Of a stretch of DNA of 64,000 nucleotides, positions 51,103 through 60,990 are shown one piece after another. The stretch spans positions 384,001 through 448,000 of the forward strand of contig CAWIXE010000001.1 of NCBI GenBank assembly GCA_963840035.1, read 5' to 3'. The stretch's first letter is position 1. Each line of letters begins with the position of its first letter. A program made the translations under genes and the position numbers. Under the pieces are notes generated by a model. It searched no databases, was not told the origin of the DNA, and worked only from the letters and a program-made list of their open reading frames with translations. The stretch comes from a candidate division FCPU426 bacterium. GTDB lineage: Bacteria > Oederibacteriota > PGYV01 > Palsa-1178.

Positions 51103-52002
51103 ATGAGACAATTTACAATTTTCAATTTACAATTTTCAATTAAAAGAGAGGCAGCCATAGTCCTGTTTATATTGCTTATTCTGGCAGGGTGCACGCCGTT
51201 GGATAAGAAGAATCCCACCGACCCTCAGGCAACAAATTATATTGGCATGCATTACATAGGCACCATAAGCGACCCAAAGCAGAAATCCATATCCGACATT
51301 TGTTTTTTCGGGACGGATATATTTGTCCTTGATGAAAGCGAGAGCATGGTATTCAGGTATAAAAAAGACGGGCAGCTAAGGTATAATTTTTACAACGGCT
51401 CATTGGCCTACCCGTCGGGTGCCGCCGCTGATTCATCCTTAATATATATCGTGGACAAGGATTCGGTCGTGGGAAATATAAAAATAATTGATCCCGCACC
51501 TGATACTCCTACAGTTACGGCATACCCTGCCACAAACCCGGACCCGCTGGAAAAATGCGCGGTAACAGCAGGATTTATTTATGTTTCAACGGAAACGAAC
51601 ATTTATAAATATGCGCTTCCGGGAGTCACACCTTCGGTCTTTACGGTATCAGGGAGCCCCGCGTTTTTTTCTATCACAGATATCGAGATAGGCCCGGGAA
51701 ACGAGATTGTGGTTGCGGATTCCATACTAAAAAAAATTATAATATTGGACAGCAGCGGCGCATTCATGAGGGAGTATTCATTTGCGTATAACATTGAAGG
51801 TATAGGCATAAGTAACGGATACATTTACATACCATCGGACGACGGCATACATAAAATAGATTTTAACACCGGAACCCAGGTCCTGAAATTCGCGGATTAC
51901 GGCGACGGAAACGGAAGGATATCCGCGCCAGGCCCATGCGAGGCTTCAGGAAGCAGGGTTTGCGTGGGCGAGATGAATATAATAAAGGTTTTTGAACCTT
52001 AA
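51103..52002 (+). CDS. NHL-like beta-propeller lipoprotein, copy B
   Basis: Lipobox LAGC, KKNPTDP, DIEIGPGNEIVVAD. Confidence 0.72.
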   Translation: MRQFTIFNLQFSIKREAAIVLFILLILAGCTPLDKKNPTDPQATNYIGMHYIGTISDPKQKSISDICFFGTDIFVLDESESMVFRYKKDGQLRYNFYNGSLAYPSGAAADSSLIYIVDKDSVVGNIKIIDPAPDTPTVTAYPATNPDPLEKCAVTAGFIYVSTETNIYKYALPGVTPSVFTVSGSPAFFSITDIEIGPGNEIVVADSILKKIIILDSSGAFMREYSFAYNIEGIGISNGYIYIPSDDGIHKIDFNTGTQVLKFADYGDGNGRISAPGPCEASGSRVCVGEMNIIKVFEP

Positions 52003-52157
52003 AAGCAGTGGGTAGTGGGTGGTGAGTAGTGTGTGGCGGACAGTGGATTGCAATCGCGTGTGACGCATGTTTTAGTCCAGATTGATTTGGGATTTGTGAT
52101 TGCATGCTGAGCTTGTCGAAGCATGGGATATGTGATTAATTTTTAAAAGGAGCCGTT

Positions 52158-52901
52158 TTGGGAAACCCAAGGTTTTTTGTGAACAAATTTGAAGGAGCCA
52201 CAGCTGAGATTACAGGCGAGGATTATGACCATGCCGTACGGGTGCTTCGCTTAAAAGAAGGAGACAGGGTCAATGTGTTTAACCGTGAGAGCGGCGAGTT
52301 TGAAGCCGAGATAAAGGCCATAAATACCAGGGATCATATTGTAAGAACGGAAAATATATCAGCCGCAAAACTCAGGGAACACACCGGCGCGAATATCACG
52401 GCTATAATAGCCCTGATAAAAAAAGACAATATGGAATTTGTCCTTGAAAAAATGACAGAGTTGGGCATTGACGCCATAGTGCCGCTGGTGACAAAAAGGT
52501 CCGTGATTAAAATAAAGGAAGAGGAAAAAAAGCATAAACGCTGGGAGACCATAATATACTCGGCAGTCAAGCAGTGCGGCAGGATATCCGCGCCTGAGCT
52601 TTTTGAGACAGTGGAAGGCGTGGAAAACTTAGCGCCGGCATCCGGCGCCGGGTTTTTCATTTATGAAAAAGAGGAAGGCCGCCTTCTGATAGAAGAGGCT
52701 GTAAAGGCCGCGGGCGCTAGAGAGGCTTCATTCATCATAGGCCCTGAGGGCGGGTTTGAGGAGTCAGAGGCAAAAATAATAATTGAAAAAGGGTATTTGC
52801 CGGTTTCCATAGGAGATACCATACTGCGCGCTGAAACAGCGGCTATAGCCGCCGGGAGCGTCCTCGCGCAGGCGTTAAGGAGGGGAAATTGGAAAAGCTG
52901 A
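52158..52901 (+). CDS. rsmE: 16S rRNA m3U1498 methyltransferase
   Basis: HAVRVLR, KMTELG, QCGR, IGPEGG, ILRAETA. Confidence 0.95.
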   Translation: MGNPRFFVNKFEGATAEITGEDYDHAVRVLRLKEGDRVNVFNRESGEFEAEIKAINTRDHIVRTENISAAKLREHTGANITAIIALIKKDNMEFVLEKMTELGIDAIVPLVTKRSVIKIKEEEKKHKRWETIIYSAVKQCGRISAPELFETVEGVENLAPASGAGFFIYEKEEGRLLIEEAVKAAGAREASFIIGPEGGFEESEAKIIIEKGYLPVSIGDTILRAETAAIAAGSVLAQALRRGNWKS

Positions 52902-54211
52902 TAGAGGCTGTAAAATCTGAAATATCAAAGAGAAAAATAAAAGCTGACATATACCTCGAGGAAAACACCAGGACAGAGGTGGCTGTCAATGACGGCAGCG
53001 TGGACAGGATTTCCCAGGCAGTCTCTTTCGGCATGGGATTAAGGATCTTTAAGGACTCAAAAATGGGTTTTGGGTTTTCCACGGTAAAGACAGCGGCGCA
53101 GGCCGCGGAACTCATGGACAAAACGGAAAAAAACGCGCGCGCCGAAGGGTACGCGGCGTACGAATTCGGGCCGGCGTTTGAACCGGGAAAAATAAACATG
53201 GCGGACCCGGGATATTTAAGCGTTACCATGGAGCAGAGGAAAGCCAGGGCGCTTTCCATGGAAGCTTCCGTAAAAAAATCTTCCGGAAAAATAAAGTCGG
53301 CATGCGACACGACATGCGTGGACAATTACTCAAGGATATTTTACTTAAACAGCGCGGGCGCGCAATATAATTATGAAAAGACATATTCTTTCGCGTTCAC
53401 TTCGGCTGTTGCCACGGACGGCAGGTCCGACGAAGTGGTTGACGCCATGGAAGGCAGCGTCATATGGAATGAAGTTGACGCGGATAAGGCAGGCGCTCTT
53501 GCCGGCGAAAAAGCCGCCGGGCTTTTATCAGGCGGACCGGTAAAAAGCGGAAGGTATAACCTCATCATACCGCCTGCCGCGGCAGTGGAGTTCCTGCAGG
53601 TAATATCGCCGATGTTTTCAGGGGCCAACCTGCGCAAGGGAAAGACGCTTTTAATGAATGTAAAAAAAGGCGAAAAAATCGGGGCTGATATGCTCAGCAT
53701 AGTTGATAACCCGCTGATGGATAACAGGATAGGCTCTTACCCGGCAGACGGCGAAGGGGTCAGGGGTTTTGAAAAAGAGGTCATATCCGCGGGCGCGTTC
53801 GGGACTTTTTTATATGACATGGTTTCAGGCGCGCATTTCAAGACAGCTTCCACCGGCAACGCCGTCAGGGGCTCGTATAAGGCCATGCCTGACATAAGCG
53901 TCTCAAATTTTTATATAAAGCCGGGGGAAAAAGGCGGCGCGGAGAAGATAATGAAAGAAAAAGGCATACTGATAAACTCAATGATGGGCCTTCACATGAC
54001 AGATACGGTATCAGGCAACTTTTCGTTGGGCATTAACGGATGGCTCGTAGAGAACGGCGAAAAAATACAGCCTGTCAAGGAAGTGCTGATAACCGGTAAC
54101 ATAAGGGAGTTTTTAATGAACATCCGCGCCATAGGCGACGATCTGAAATTCTACTTCAATTTCGGCTCGCCGACCATACTGGCGGGGGATATAATGGTTG
54201 CTGGAAAGTAA
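52889..54211 (+). CDS. pmbA: TldE/PmbA family protein
   Basis: DGEGV, STGNAVR, SGNFSL, GSP.I; no HExxH motif, so PmbA rather than TldD. Confidence 0.85.
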   Translation: MEKLIEAVKSEISKRKIKADIYLEENTRTEVAVNDGSVDRISQAVSFGMGLRIFKDSKMGFGFSTVKTAAQAAELMDKTEKNARAEGYAAYEFGPAFEPGKINMADPGYLSVTMEQRKARALSMEASVKKSSGKIKSACDTTCVDNYSRIFYLNSAGAQYNYEKTYSFAFTSAVATDGRSDEVVDAMEGSVIWNEVDADKAGALAGEKAAGLLSGGPVKSGRYNLIIPPAAAVEFLQVISPMFSGANLRKGKTLLMNVKKGEKIGADMLSIVDNPLMDNRIGSYPADGEGVRGFEKEVISAGAFGTFLYDMVSGAHFKTASTGNAVRGSYKAMPDISVSNFYIKPGEKGGAEKIMKEKGILINSMMGLHMTDTVSGNFSLGINGWLVENGEKIQPVKEVLITGNIREFLMNIRAIGDDLKFYFNFGSPTILAGDIMVAGK

Positions 54212-54306
54212 AAACAGTGGCGAGTGGCGTGTGCTAAGTGTTACGGTAAGGCAGAACGGGCACATAGCACGCGTCACATAGCACATAGCATGAAAAAGGA
54301 GTATTT

Positions 54307-55143
54307 ATGGCAAAGAACATCACAGGAATCATAGGCTACCCTCTTTCACACACGCTCTCTCCCGCCATGCACAATAATTCATATAAGCATTTTAAAATGG
54401 ACTGGGAGTATGATGTTTTTGAGATGAAGGCTGAGGCAATCGCTGATTTTATGAAAAAGGTACGGGCCGATGGCATAAAAGGGCTCAACGTCACCATACC
54501 GCATAAGCATGTAGTTATGAAATACCTGGACAGGGTGGATAAGGCGGCGAAGGTAATAGGCGCTGTAAATACCGTGGTGAATAAGGACGGTATACTTACG
54601 GGTTATAATACGGATTACATCGGGTTTATAAAGTCCCTTGAAAAACATAAAGTGGACTTAACCGGGAAAAAAGTGGTCATGATAGGCGCGGGAGGCGCGG
54701 CGCACGCCATTGGATACGCGCTGAATACTTTTAATCCAAAGTCATTCCACATTTACAACATAGACATACCCATGATGATAGGCCTGGTCAAACAGCTGAA
54801 ACTCAAGGGCATAAAAGCTGCTGATATAAAACCATCGGAAGAAAAAGACGCGGTAATAGCCTCGGCTGATTTTATTATCAACTGCACATCGGTTGGAATG
54901 CACGGCGACGCAGTGCCATATGACATAAAAAAATTCAAAAAATCCGCGGTAGTGTTTGACCTGATATATAACCCGGCAAAGACCCCGTTTTTAAAAAACG
55001 CTGAGAAAAAAGGGGCAAAGGTCATCAATGGCTTGGACATGCTCATATACCAGGGCATAGAGGCTTTTTATCTCTGGACAGGCAAAACCCCGACATACGA
55101 CCTGGTAAAAAAAGCGGTCAACGCCTACTGGAGAAAGAAATAA
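54307..55143 (+). CDS. aroE: Shikimate dehydrogenase
   Basis: HTLSP.MHN, NVTIPHK, GAVNT, NTD, GAGGAA, DLIYNP. Confidence 0.96.
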   Translation: MAKNITGIIGYPLSHTLSPAMHNNSYKHFKMDWEYDVFEMKAEAIADFMKKVRADGIKGLNVTIPHKHVVMKYLDRVDKAAKVIGAVNTVVNKDGILTGYNTDYIGFIKSLEKHKVDLTGKKVVMIGAGGAAHAIGYALNTFNPKSFHIYNIDIPMMIGLVKQLKLKGIKAADIKPSEEKDAVIASADFIINCTSVGMHGDAVPYDIKKFKKSAVVFDLIYNPAKTPFLKNAEKKGAKVINGLDMLIYQGIEAFYLWTGKTPTYDLVKKAVNAYWRKK

Positions 55144-55179
55144 ATACTGCGGCAAAATTTCCGTTATGTGTTTGTTATT

Positions 55180-55236
55180 GTAGGGGCAATTCATGAATTG
55201 CCCGCCTTGGTTGGGCGATTCGTGAATCGCCCCTAC
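55180..55236. repeat. GTAG-type REP doublet
   Basis: GTAGGGGCAATTCATGAATTGCCC...GGGCGATTCGTGAATCGCCCCTAC. Confidence 0.85.
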
Positions 55237-55288
55237 AAAACCTAACCAGGAACTGTAACAAGTAGTGATTTTAAAAAAGGAGTGATTA

Positions 55289-56503
55289 ATGAAAAAATTT
55301 TTTGAGTTCTTTAAAAAACCGGCCGTTATAAAAACCCTGCTCGCGATACTATTCATAGTCCTGGCAATCTGGGGATTTAAGTGCGCCAGGGGAAATGATT
55401 TTTACGTATACTACGACGCGGGAAAGAAATTTATGGTGCTTGAGGACAACCTCTACAGGCCCGGGCAGATATCCGGCATGATAAACCACTACCCGCCTGT
55501 TTTTTCCATGCTCATGGTGCCGCTTGCGCTGCTGCCTCCGGTTGTCGCGGCTTATATTTTCTTTGTGATAAAGGTGCTCTTTACCGTATGGGCATTTAAG
55601 GTAATGCCAAAACTTTTTCCGGGGGGAAAAGTCAAACCAATTGTTTACGCCCTCGGGTTTTTAACGGCACTGAGGTTTTTTAACGATGATTTTAAGCTGG
55701 GGCAGGTCAACGTACTGATATTTGACTTCATCATCATAGGCCTTGCCATGTTCAAGGACAAAAAATTATTTACAGCCGCGCTTTTCATGGTGCTTGCCAC
55801 TACCATAAAAATATATCCCGGGATATTCCTCTTTTATTTCCTTTTCAGGAAGGAATATAAATTCGTCCTTATTTCTTCGGTGATGCTCCTTGTGTTAAAC
55901 GCGCTGCCTGCCGTGTTTTACCTCGACAGGTTCCCCCCGCTGTTCGGATACTTCCTGCAGGATTCCATATTTAACGCGGCGTCAGACCCGAACTCAGGCA
56001 TCGCCAACCAGTCCATCTTCGCGCTTATCATGAGGTTCTTCGGCCACAACCCGACAGACACGGCATATCCCGCGTATGTAAATTTTATGAATTTAGGTTT
56101 CGGGACGCTCAAGATGGTATTTTACGCGATTGGCGCGATATCGATCGCGATTGTGGCTATAATGGCATGGAAGGGAAATGAAAAAACAAGGATCTTTGAG
56201 ATAGGGGTGGTCATGGTAATCGCCGTGGCGTTCCCCATGGTATCAAGGAAGGCAAACTTTGTGTTCCTGATGTTCCCGGCTATGGTGGTCTTTTGGCACA
56301 TGTTCGAGGGAAAAAACCCGGGACAGGTTTTTAAGATACTGGCATGGCTTGCATTTGGCATGCTGCTTTTGACGTCTGACGGGGTTGCGGGGAGAAAACT
56401 GAGCAATATTTTTGAAGCGCTGTCATTTATAACCATAGGCGCGGTGCTGCTGGCTAAGATGAACGGGTATCTTTACCTAAAGGGAATTGGGAATCGGGAA
56501 TAG
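55289..56503 (+). CDS. GT87/DUF2029-family membrane glycosyltransferase
   Basis: DF.VYY.AG, YPP.F, GQVN, IKIYP, NQS. Confidence 0.85.
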   Translation: MKKFFEFFKKPAVIKTLLAILFIVLAIWGFKCARGNDFYVYYDAGKKFMVLEDNLYRPGQISGMINHYPPVFSMLMVPLALLPPVVAAYIFFVIKVLFTVWAFKVMPKLFPGGKVKPIVYALGFLTALRFFNDDFKLGQVNVLIFDFIIIGLAMFKDKKLFTAALFMVLATTIKIYPGIFLFYFLFRKEYKFVLISSVMLLVLNALPAVFYLDRFPPLFGYFLQDSIFNAASDPNSGIANQSIFALIMRFFGHNPTDTAYPAYVNFMNLGFGTLKMVFYAIGAISIAIVAIMAWKGNEKTRIFEIGVVMVIAVAFPMVSRKANFVFLMFPAMVVFWHMFEGKNPGQVFKILAWLAFGMLLLTSDGVAGRKLSNIFEALSFITIGAVLLAKMNGYLYLKGIGNRE

Positions 56504-56520
56504 GGAATGCGTTTGGTTTT

Positions 56521-56583
56521 GTAGGGGCGGACCTGTGTGTCCGCCCGACAACGTTGCGGGCCGCCACATAGGGCGGCCCCTAC
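56521..56583. repeat. GTAG-type REP doublet
   Basis: GTAGGGGCGGACCTGTGTGTCCGCCC...GGGCGGCCCCTAC; 35 bp identical (inverted) to 60892-60926. Confidence 0.85.
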
Positions 56584-56611
56584 AGGGACAATTATTGGGG
56601 TGAATCTAAAT

Positions 56612-56794
56612 ATGAAAAAAATATTTCTTGTCTTAATTATTTTCGCCTTCATCTCAGGCTGCGCAAAGGAAAAAGAAGAAAAGCCGCAGATTATAGGCGG
56701 CAAGGACAGTTATGGCTGCATTCCCGGCGCGGGATATACCTGGTGCGAAAAAAAGCATAAGTGCTTGAGGGTATGGGAAGAGAAGTGCGAATAG
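56612..56794 (+). CDS. Small Cys-rich lipoprotein
   Basis: Lipobox ISGC; GG.D.YGC...AGYTWC....KCLR.WEE.C. Confidence 0.75.
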   Translation: MKKIFLVLIIFAFISGCAKEKEEKPQIIGGKDSYGCIPGAGYTWCEKKHKCLRVWEEKCE

Positions 56795-56838
56795 ACAATT
56801 GAAATTTTATGACAGAATAACGGGGGGGGGGAGATTTT

Positions 56839-57876
56839 TTGAAAACAATAAAAACCGGAATAATACTCCTTGTATCTTTGGTTGTTCTTTCATGCACAAA
56901 GCCTGTTTTGCAATATGATAACCGGGGAATTTATTATTGGAAAACGGTATTTAATATTTCGGAGAGGGACAATGTTGTCTTTAAGAAGCTGAAGATAGAT
57001 AAATTATATCTGAGAATTACGGATGTCATATTTGACGAAAAGAATAAAATCCCGGTACCTTCAGCTCCGGTGGTTTTAGACAGCAAAATACCGGATGGAA
57101 TGGAATTAGTGCCTGTTGTTTTCATTGTCCCGGACGTTTTCAAAAAAATATCCGATCATCAGGCAAAAGAACTTGCCATTAACATTACTAACGCCTGCTT
57201 TATGGCAGGAAAAGCCGCGGGGAAGGCTATTGAGGAAATCCAGATTGATTATGACTGGACGCCTTCAACAAGAGAAAGATATTTTTACTTTTTGGAGTGC
57301 CTGAAAAAAGAAATTGAAACGCAAAAATTTGCGGCTGATCTTTCATGTACATTAAGGCTTCACCAGGTAAAATATATGAAAAAAACAGGGGTACCACCGG
57401 TTAACAGAACATCTTTGATGCTTTATAATATGGTTGATTCAAGAAAAGTAAGCGGCGAAAATACAATTTACAGCTTAAAGGAGATGAAAAAGTATACTTC
57501 ATCCATAAAAAAATATCCGATAAAAATGGACCTAATCTTTCCTGTTTTTTCAGAAACCCTTATTTACAGGAACAACCATTTAGCGGGGATGATGAACCTG
57601 CATGACCCGGAAAGGCTTAAAGACAGTGAAAATTTCAAAAAGTCAGGGAAGGATACGTTTATATCCTTAAAGAGCAATGTTTACGGGGGCTACGAACTTA
57701 ACGCCGGCGATGTAATAAAAGCGGAAAAACCAGATTTAAATGAAGTGAGGCGTGGGGCCTTACTGTTGGCAGGTAATAAAATACAATGGGGGTCGCTGAG
57801 TTTTTATGATTATGACCCGGGGGAGGGTTTAAGTGAAAAAGAAATGGATGTTATCGGCAATATTTTTGGCAATTAG
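56839..57876 (+). CDS. DUF3142-like lipoprotein (GH18-like barrel)
   Basis: Lipobox VLSC; YYWKT, LYLR..DV, EIQIDYDW, LRLHQVKY, LMLYNM. Confidence 0.6.
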   Translation: MKTIKTGIILLVSLVVLSCTKPVLQYDNRGIYYWKTVFNISERDNVVFKKLKIDKLYLRITDVIFDEKNKIPVPSAPVVLDSKIPDGMELVPVVFIVPDVFKKISDHQAKELAINITNACFMAGKAAGKAIEEIQIDYDWTPSTRERYFYFLECLKKEIETQKFAADLSCTLRLHQVKYMKKTGVPPVNRTSLMLYNMVDSRKVSGENTIYSLKEMKKYTSSIKKYPIKMDLIFPVFSETLIYRNNHLAGMMNLHDPERLKDSENFKKSGKDTFISLKSNVYGGYELNAGDVIKAEKPDLNEVRRGALLLAGNKIQWGSLSFYDYDPGEGLSEKEMDVIGNIFGN

Positions 57877-60142
57877 CTGGAGTCAGCTTAATTCATGCGG
57901 CATTGAGGTGCTTTTTCCAAGCGTGCCATTTTTTATTTCGGAGAGCATCAGTACGGTAGAACCGGATTTTACTTCGGAATATCCTATTGAAAAAAATGAG
58001 GACACAGAAGTTATTATGCAGGAGTGGAAAGAGTACCTGGATGGAAAAATTTCTGAGAACGACATCAGTATGCTGCTTTTTCAAATGAGTCCTGATGATA
58101 TACGCGACGACAGGCGGTTAAAGGATGATGTTGAGACAAGGAATTATCTTATATCCCTGAGAAAATATTATGCAAATCCCGGTGACGAAAAAAAACCCGG
58201 GGGAATATGGAATATATTTAAAATATTCACAAAGAAAAAGGATGAAAAAGAGATCGATATTAAAAAAAGCGCATATGATAAAAATTTGAATGAATTTTTG
58301 AGGACAAGATATGCGTATCTGTATATGAAAACGCTTGATGATACCGGCGGCAATGATGATGAAATTATAAATATATATAATGATTTTTTTGCGGATAATG
58401 AAAAAACAATTTTAAAATGGTGGGCTCAGAGGGTCTGTGCAATAGCATATATAAGAAAAGATCAAAAGGAAAAAGCCGCCGATATGCTTTTAGAACTATA
58501 CAACAGCCTGGAAACATACCGAAGGACGGTAAAAAGAATAATTGGAGGAAATTTTACTGATGCAGAATTAAAGGGCATATATACCAATATTTCCGGAAAA
58601 GAGAAAAAGGCAACACTTGCGTGCCTTATGAGGGACACTAAACTTATATACGAGTCAGACCCGTTAAGCGCAAGGACAAGGCAGATATTTTACGAAAAAA
58701 CAGTTGAACTGGGGAATACATACATATACAACAACCTGGAGAAGCTTCTATTTGGGACGGAAAAAAGATATAATACCGGCGCCCGGGCATCCCAGGTCAA
58801 AGACGCCTTAAATAAGGAACTTACGGAGCTAAAATTATACTCGAAAAAGATTATGGACGTAACAACGGACGAAAAAATAAAGCTGACCTGGAAGCTTAGT
58901 TACGGTTTTCTTTGTATATTGAGCGCTGAAAACAAGGAAGCGGAAAAATACCTGACAGAATATGAAAATGCGTTCAAAGACGCACCGCCGGACAGTTTTA
59001 TGGAATCCAACCTTAAACAGGCAAAAATCCTGATCGCATTGAACGCGTTGATGGCCGGTTCGGATATTTACAATGAAAATGTTCAGGATAAAATACTGGC
59101 GGCATTATTAAGTTTTGACAAGAAAAAGTTCGGGGAAAACAACTATCCCGGAAGCGGCGGCATAGCTGACGTTTATACGGATTTGCTGGTATTAACCGCG
59201 CAAAGATATATAGCTGAAGGGGACCTGGCAAGGGCTACTGCCTGTTATAAGGATACCTATTATGAAGACTACGGTAATTTTTTAATTGATATTATGGCAG
59301 GCCCGGGCGACATGGATAAATTCCTGAGTTTTATAAGGAAAGAAAAACCGCAAAAAATGGATGATTTTTTAGTTGGAAAACTAAAGTTTTCAGAGGATGA
59401 CATCCATTACCTTACCTCAATGAAATACTTAAGAGACGCGAAATTTAAGGTTGCCCTTGGCGAAATAGATAAAATAAAAGATGGAGAATACTGGGCTACA
59501 AAAGAACAATTTAATAAATACGGGACATGGGATTCAGAAGGCGACAGTTATGCAAAATTTTTAAATATTACCTTTGACGGTAAAAATTATGGAGAAATGA
59601 CAAAAAAAGAAATGGTGGAAAAATTTGTGGAATTAGATACCATCCAAAAGGACAGGGAACTTACTGCAAGCAACAAAATGAAGTTAGGTTGCGCGTTTTT
59701 TTACAATAATCTTGTGGGGTATTCGGACATAGCATGGAAAGGAAGCCTGATAATCTTTTCGCATAATTATATGTGGTATGATCCGGCTTATAATTACTAC
59801 ATGGAAGCGTGGCCGATAAATGCGGCGATATCCTCAAAAGAGACGAACTCGATTATGAAAGAGTTTTTTGAAAAAAAACATAATTACAGGCGTACGTCGG
59901 CAAAGTTTTTTGAAGAGGCAAAAAATGCCACGACAAACAAGGAATTTGGGGCGGCCTGCTTGGGTTACATACTGCAGACAAAACCGGCATATGGCGAAGA
60001 CCTGATAAAGTCTGACAGGTTCAAGGAATTTAAGAACAAATACAACTCAACTGAATTTTATAAGGATTTTACCAGCAAATGTTCCTGGTTGAGTGAAGCG
60101 TTATACCCGGATAAAGATAAAAAGAAGGACTTAAAGAAGTAA
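57833..60142 (+). CDS. Large secreted alpha-helical hypothetical protein
   Basis: Signal peptide ending ..SCG; overlaps the upstream gene; AT-rich. Confidence 0.7.
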   Translation: MKKKWMLSAIFLAISWSQLNSCGIEVLFPSVPFFISESISTVEPDFTSEYPIEKNEDTEVIMQEWKEYLDGKISENDISMLLFQMSPDDIRDDRRLKDDVETRNYLISLRKYYANPGDEKKPGGIWNIFKIFTKKKDEKEIDIKKSAYDKNLNEFLRTRYAYLYMKTLDDTGGNDDEIINIYNDFFADNEKTILKWWAQRVCAIAYIRKDQKEKAADMLLELYNSLETYRRTVKRIIGGNFTDAELKGIYTNISGKEKKATLACLMRDTKLIYESDPLSARTRQIFYEKTVELGNTYIYNNLEKLLFGTEKRYNTGARASQVKDALNKELTELKLYSKKIMDVTTDEKIKLTWKLSYGFLCILSAENKEAEKYLTEYENAFKDAPPDSFMESNLKQAKILIALNALMAGSDIYNENVQDKILAALLSFDKKKFGENNYPGSGGIADVYTDLLVLTAQRYIAEGDLARATACYKDTYYEDYGNFLIDIMAGPGDMDKFLSFIRKEKPQKMDDFLVGKLKFSEDDIHYLTSMKYLRDAKFKVALGEIDKIKDGEYWATKEQFNKYGTWDSEGDSYAKFLNITFDGKNYGEMTKKEMVEKFVELDTIQKDRELTASNKMKLGCAFFYNNLVGYSDIAWKGSLIIFSHNYMWYDPAYNYYMEAWPINAAISSKETNSIMKEFFEKKHNYRRTSAKFFEEAKNATTNKEFGAACLGYILQTKPAYGEDLIKSDRFKEFKNKYNSTEFYKDFTSKCSWLSEALYPDKDKKKDLKK

Positions 60143-60180
60143 TTTTAATTATCAGGACTGTCAGCAGGCAATAGCTGTCA

Positions 60181-60678
60181 TCATATAAGGAAGTCTTTTA
60201 TGTTCTTTCTTTCCGGTTTTCTTCCTTTTTCCGCGGGTTTTCCCACGGCGAGCACTGTCATTAATTCAAGCCCCTTTGGCGTTTTTAAAACCTTTTCCGC
60301 CTTTTCCCTGCAGCTTAGTATCCCTCCGACCCAGCACATGCCAAGGCCGAGCGATACCGCTTCAAGCCACATGTTTTGTATGCACGCGCCTGTGGACTGG
60401 GAATTGCGGATTTTATCCACGGGGGAGTTAAGGTCTATGAAGATGGCTATTAATAAGGAAGAGGATTGAATAGCTTCCACCGAGTCGGTACAGCGGGCCA
60501 CCTGCATCATTTCAACCCTGTCTTTTATGATTTTGAATTTCCATGGCTGGTTGTTTAATCCTGATGGCGCCCAGCGGCCGGCTTCGAGTATGGAGGCAAG
60601 CTGTTTTTCAGTAAGCCTGTAGTTAAGCTTAAATTTCCTGATGCTTCGCCGAGATTTAATAAGTTTTAAAGCGTCCAT
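60181..60678 (-). CDS. Nitroreductase family protein
   Basis: RRSIRKF, APSGLNNQPW, LGLGMCW; GGAGGTG RBS. Confidence 0.92.
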   Translation of the reverse strand: MDALKLIKSRRSIRKFKLNYRLTEKQLASILEAGRWAPSGLNNQPWKFKIIKDRVEMMQVARCTDSVEAIQSSSLLIAIFIDLNSPVDKIRNSQSTGACIQNMWLEAVSLGLGMCWVGGILSCREKAEKVLKTPKGLELMTVLAVGKPAEKGRKPERKNIKDFLI

Positions 60679-60763
60679 ATAAACACCTCCCCGGTGTGAA
60701 AACATTATATATTTAACAAGGCAAAAGTCAATGATTTACCGACTTTCAGTTTTGTTCAGTTTT

Positions 60764-60925
60764 GTAGGGGACGCGCTCCCGCGCGTCCCGAATGGTTGTT
60801 TCCAGAAGGCGATTTTTTGCGAACAAAATACGATTAATTGTAAATCATTTCGCCTCGTTGAATAGGATTATCCGGCATGTGGCGGCCAGCGACGTTGTCG
60901 GGCGGACACACAGGTCCGCCCCTAC
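60764..60925. repeat. Pair of inverted GTAG-type REPs with a spacer (REPIN-like)
   Basis: GTAGGGGACGCGCTCCCGCGCGTCCC at 60764-60789 and GGGCGGACACACAGGTCCGCCCCTAC at 60900-60925. Confidence 0.75.
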
Positions 60926-60955
60926 AAGGGATTTAAAAAAATTCAAAAATATCAC

Positions 60956-60990
60956 TTGACAATTAGCATACATATTGTATACTAATGTCA
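60956..60990 (+). promoter_or_regulatory. lexA promoter with an overlapping palindrome
   Basis: TTGACA (60956-60961), 16-nt spacer, TATACT (60978-60983); ATG at 60990. Confidence 0.7.

Noticed and set aside
60975..60989. TTG start for lexA given in the ORF track
   Set aside because: It overlaps the -10 box; ATG 60990 fits better
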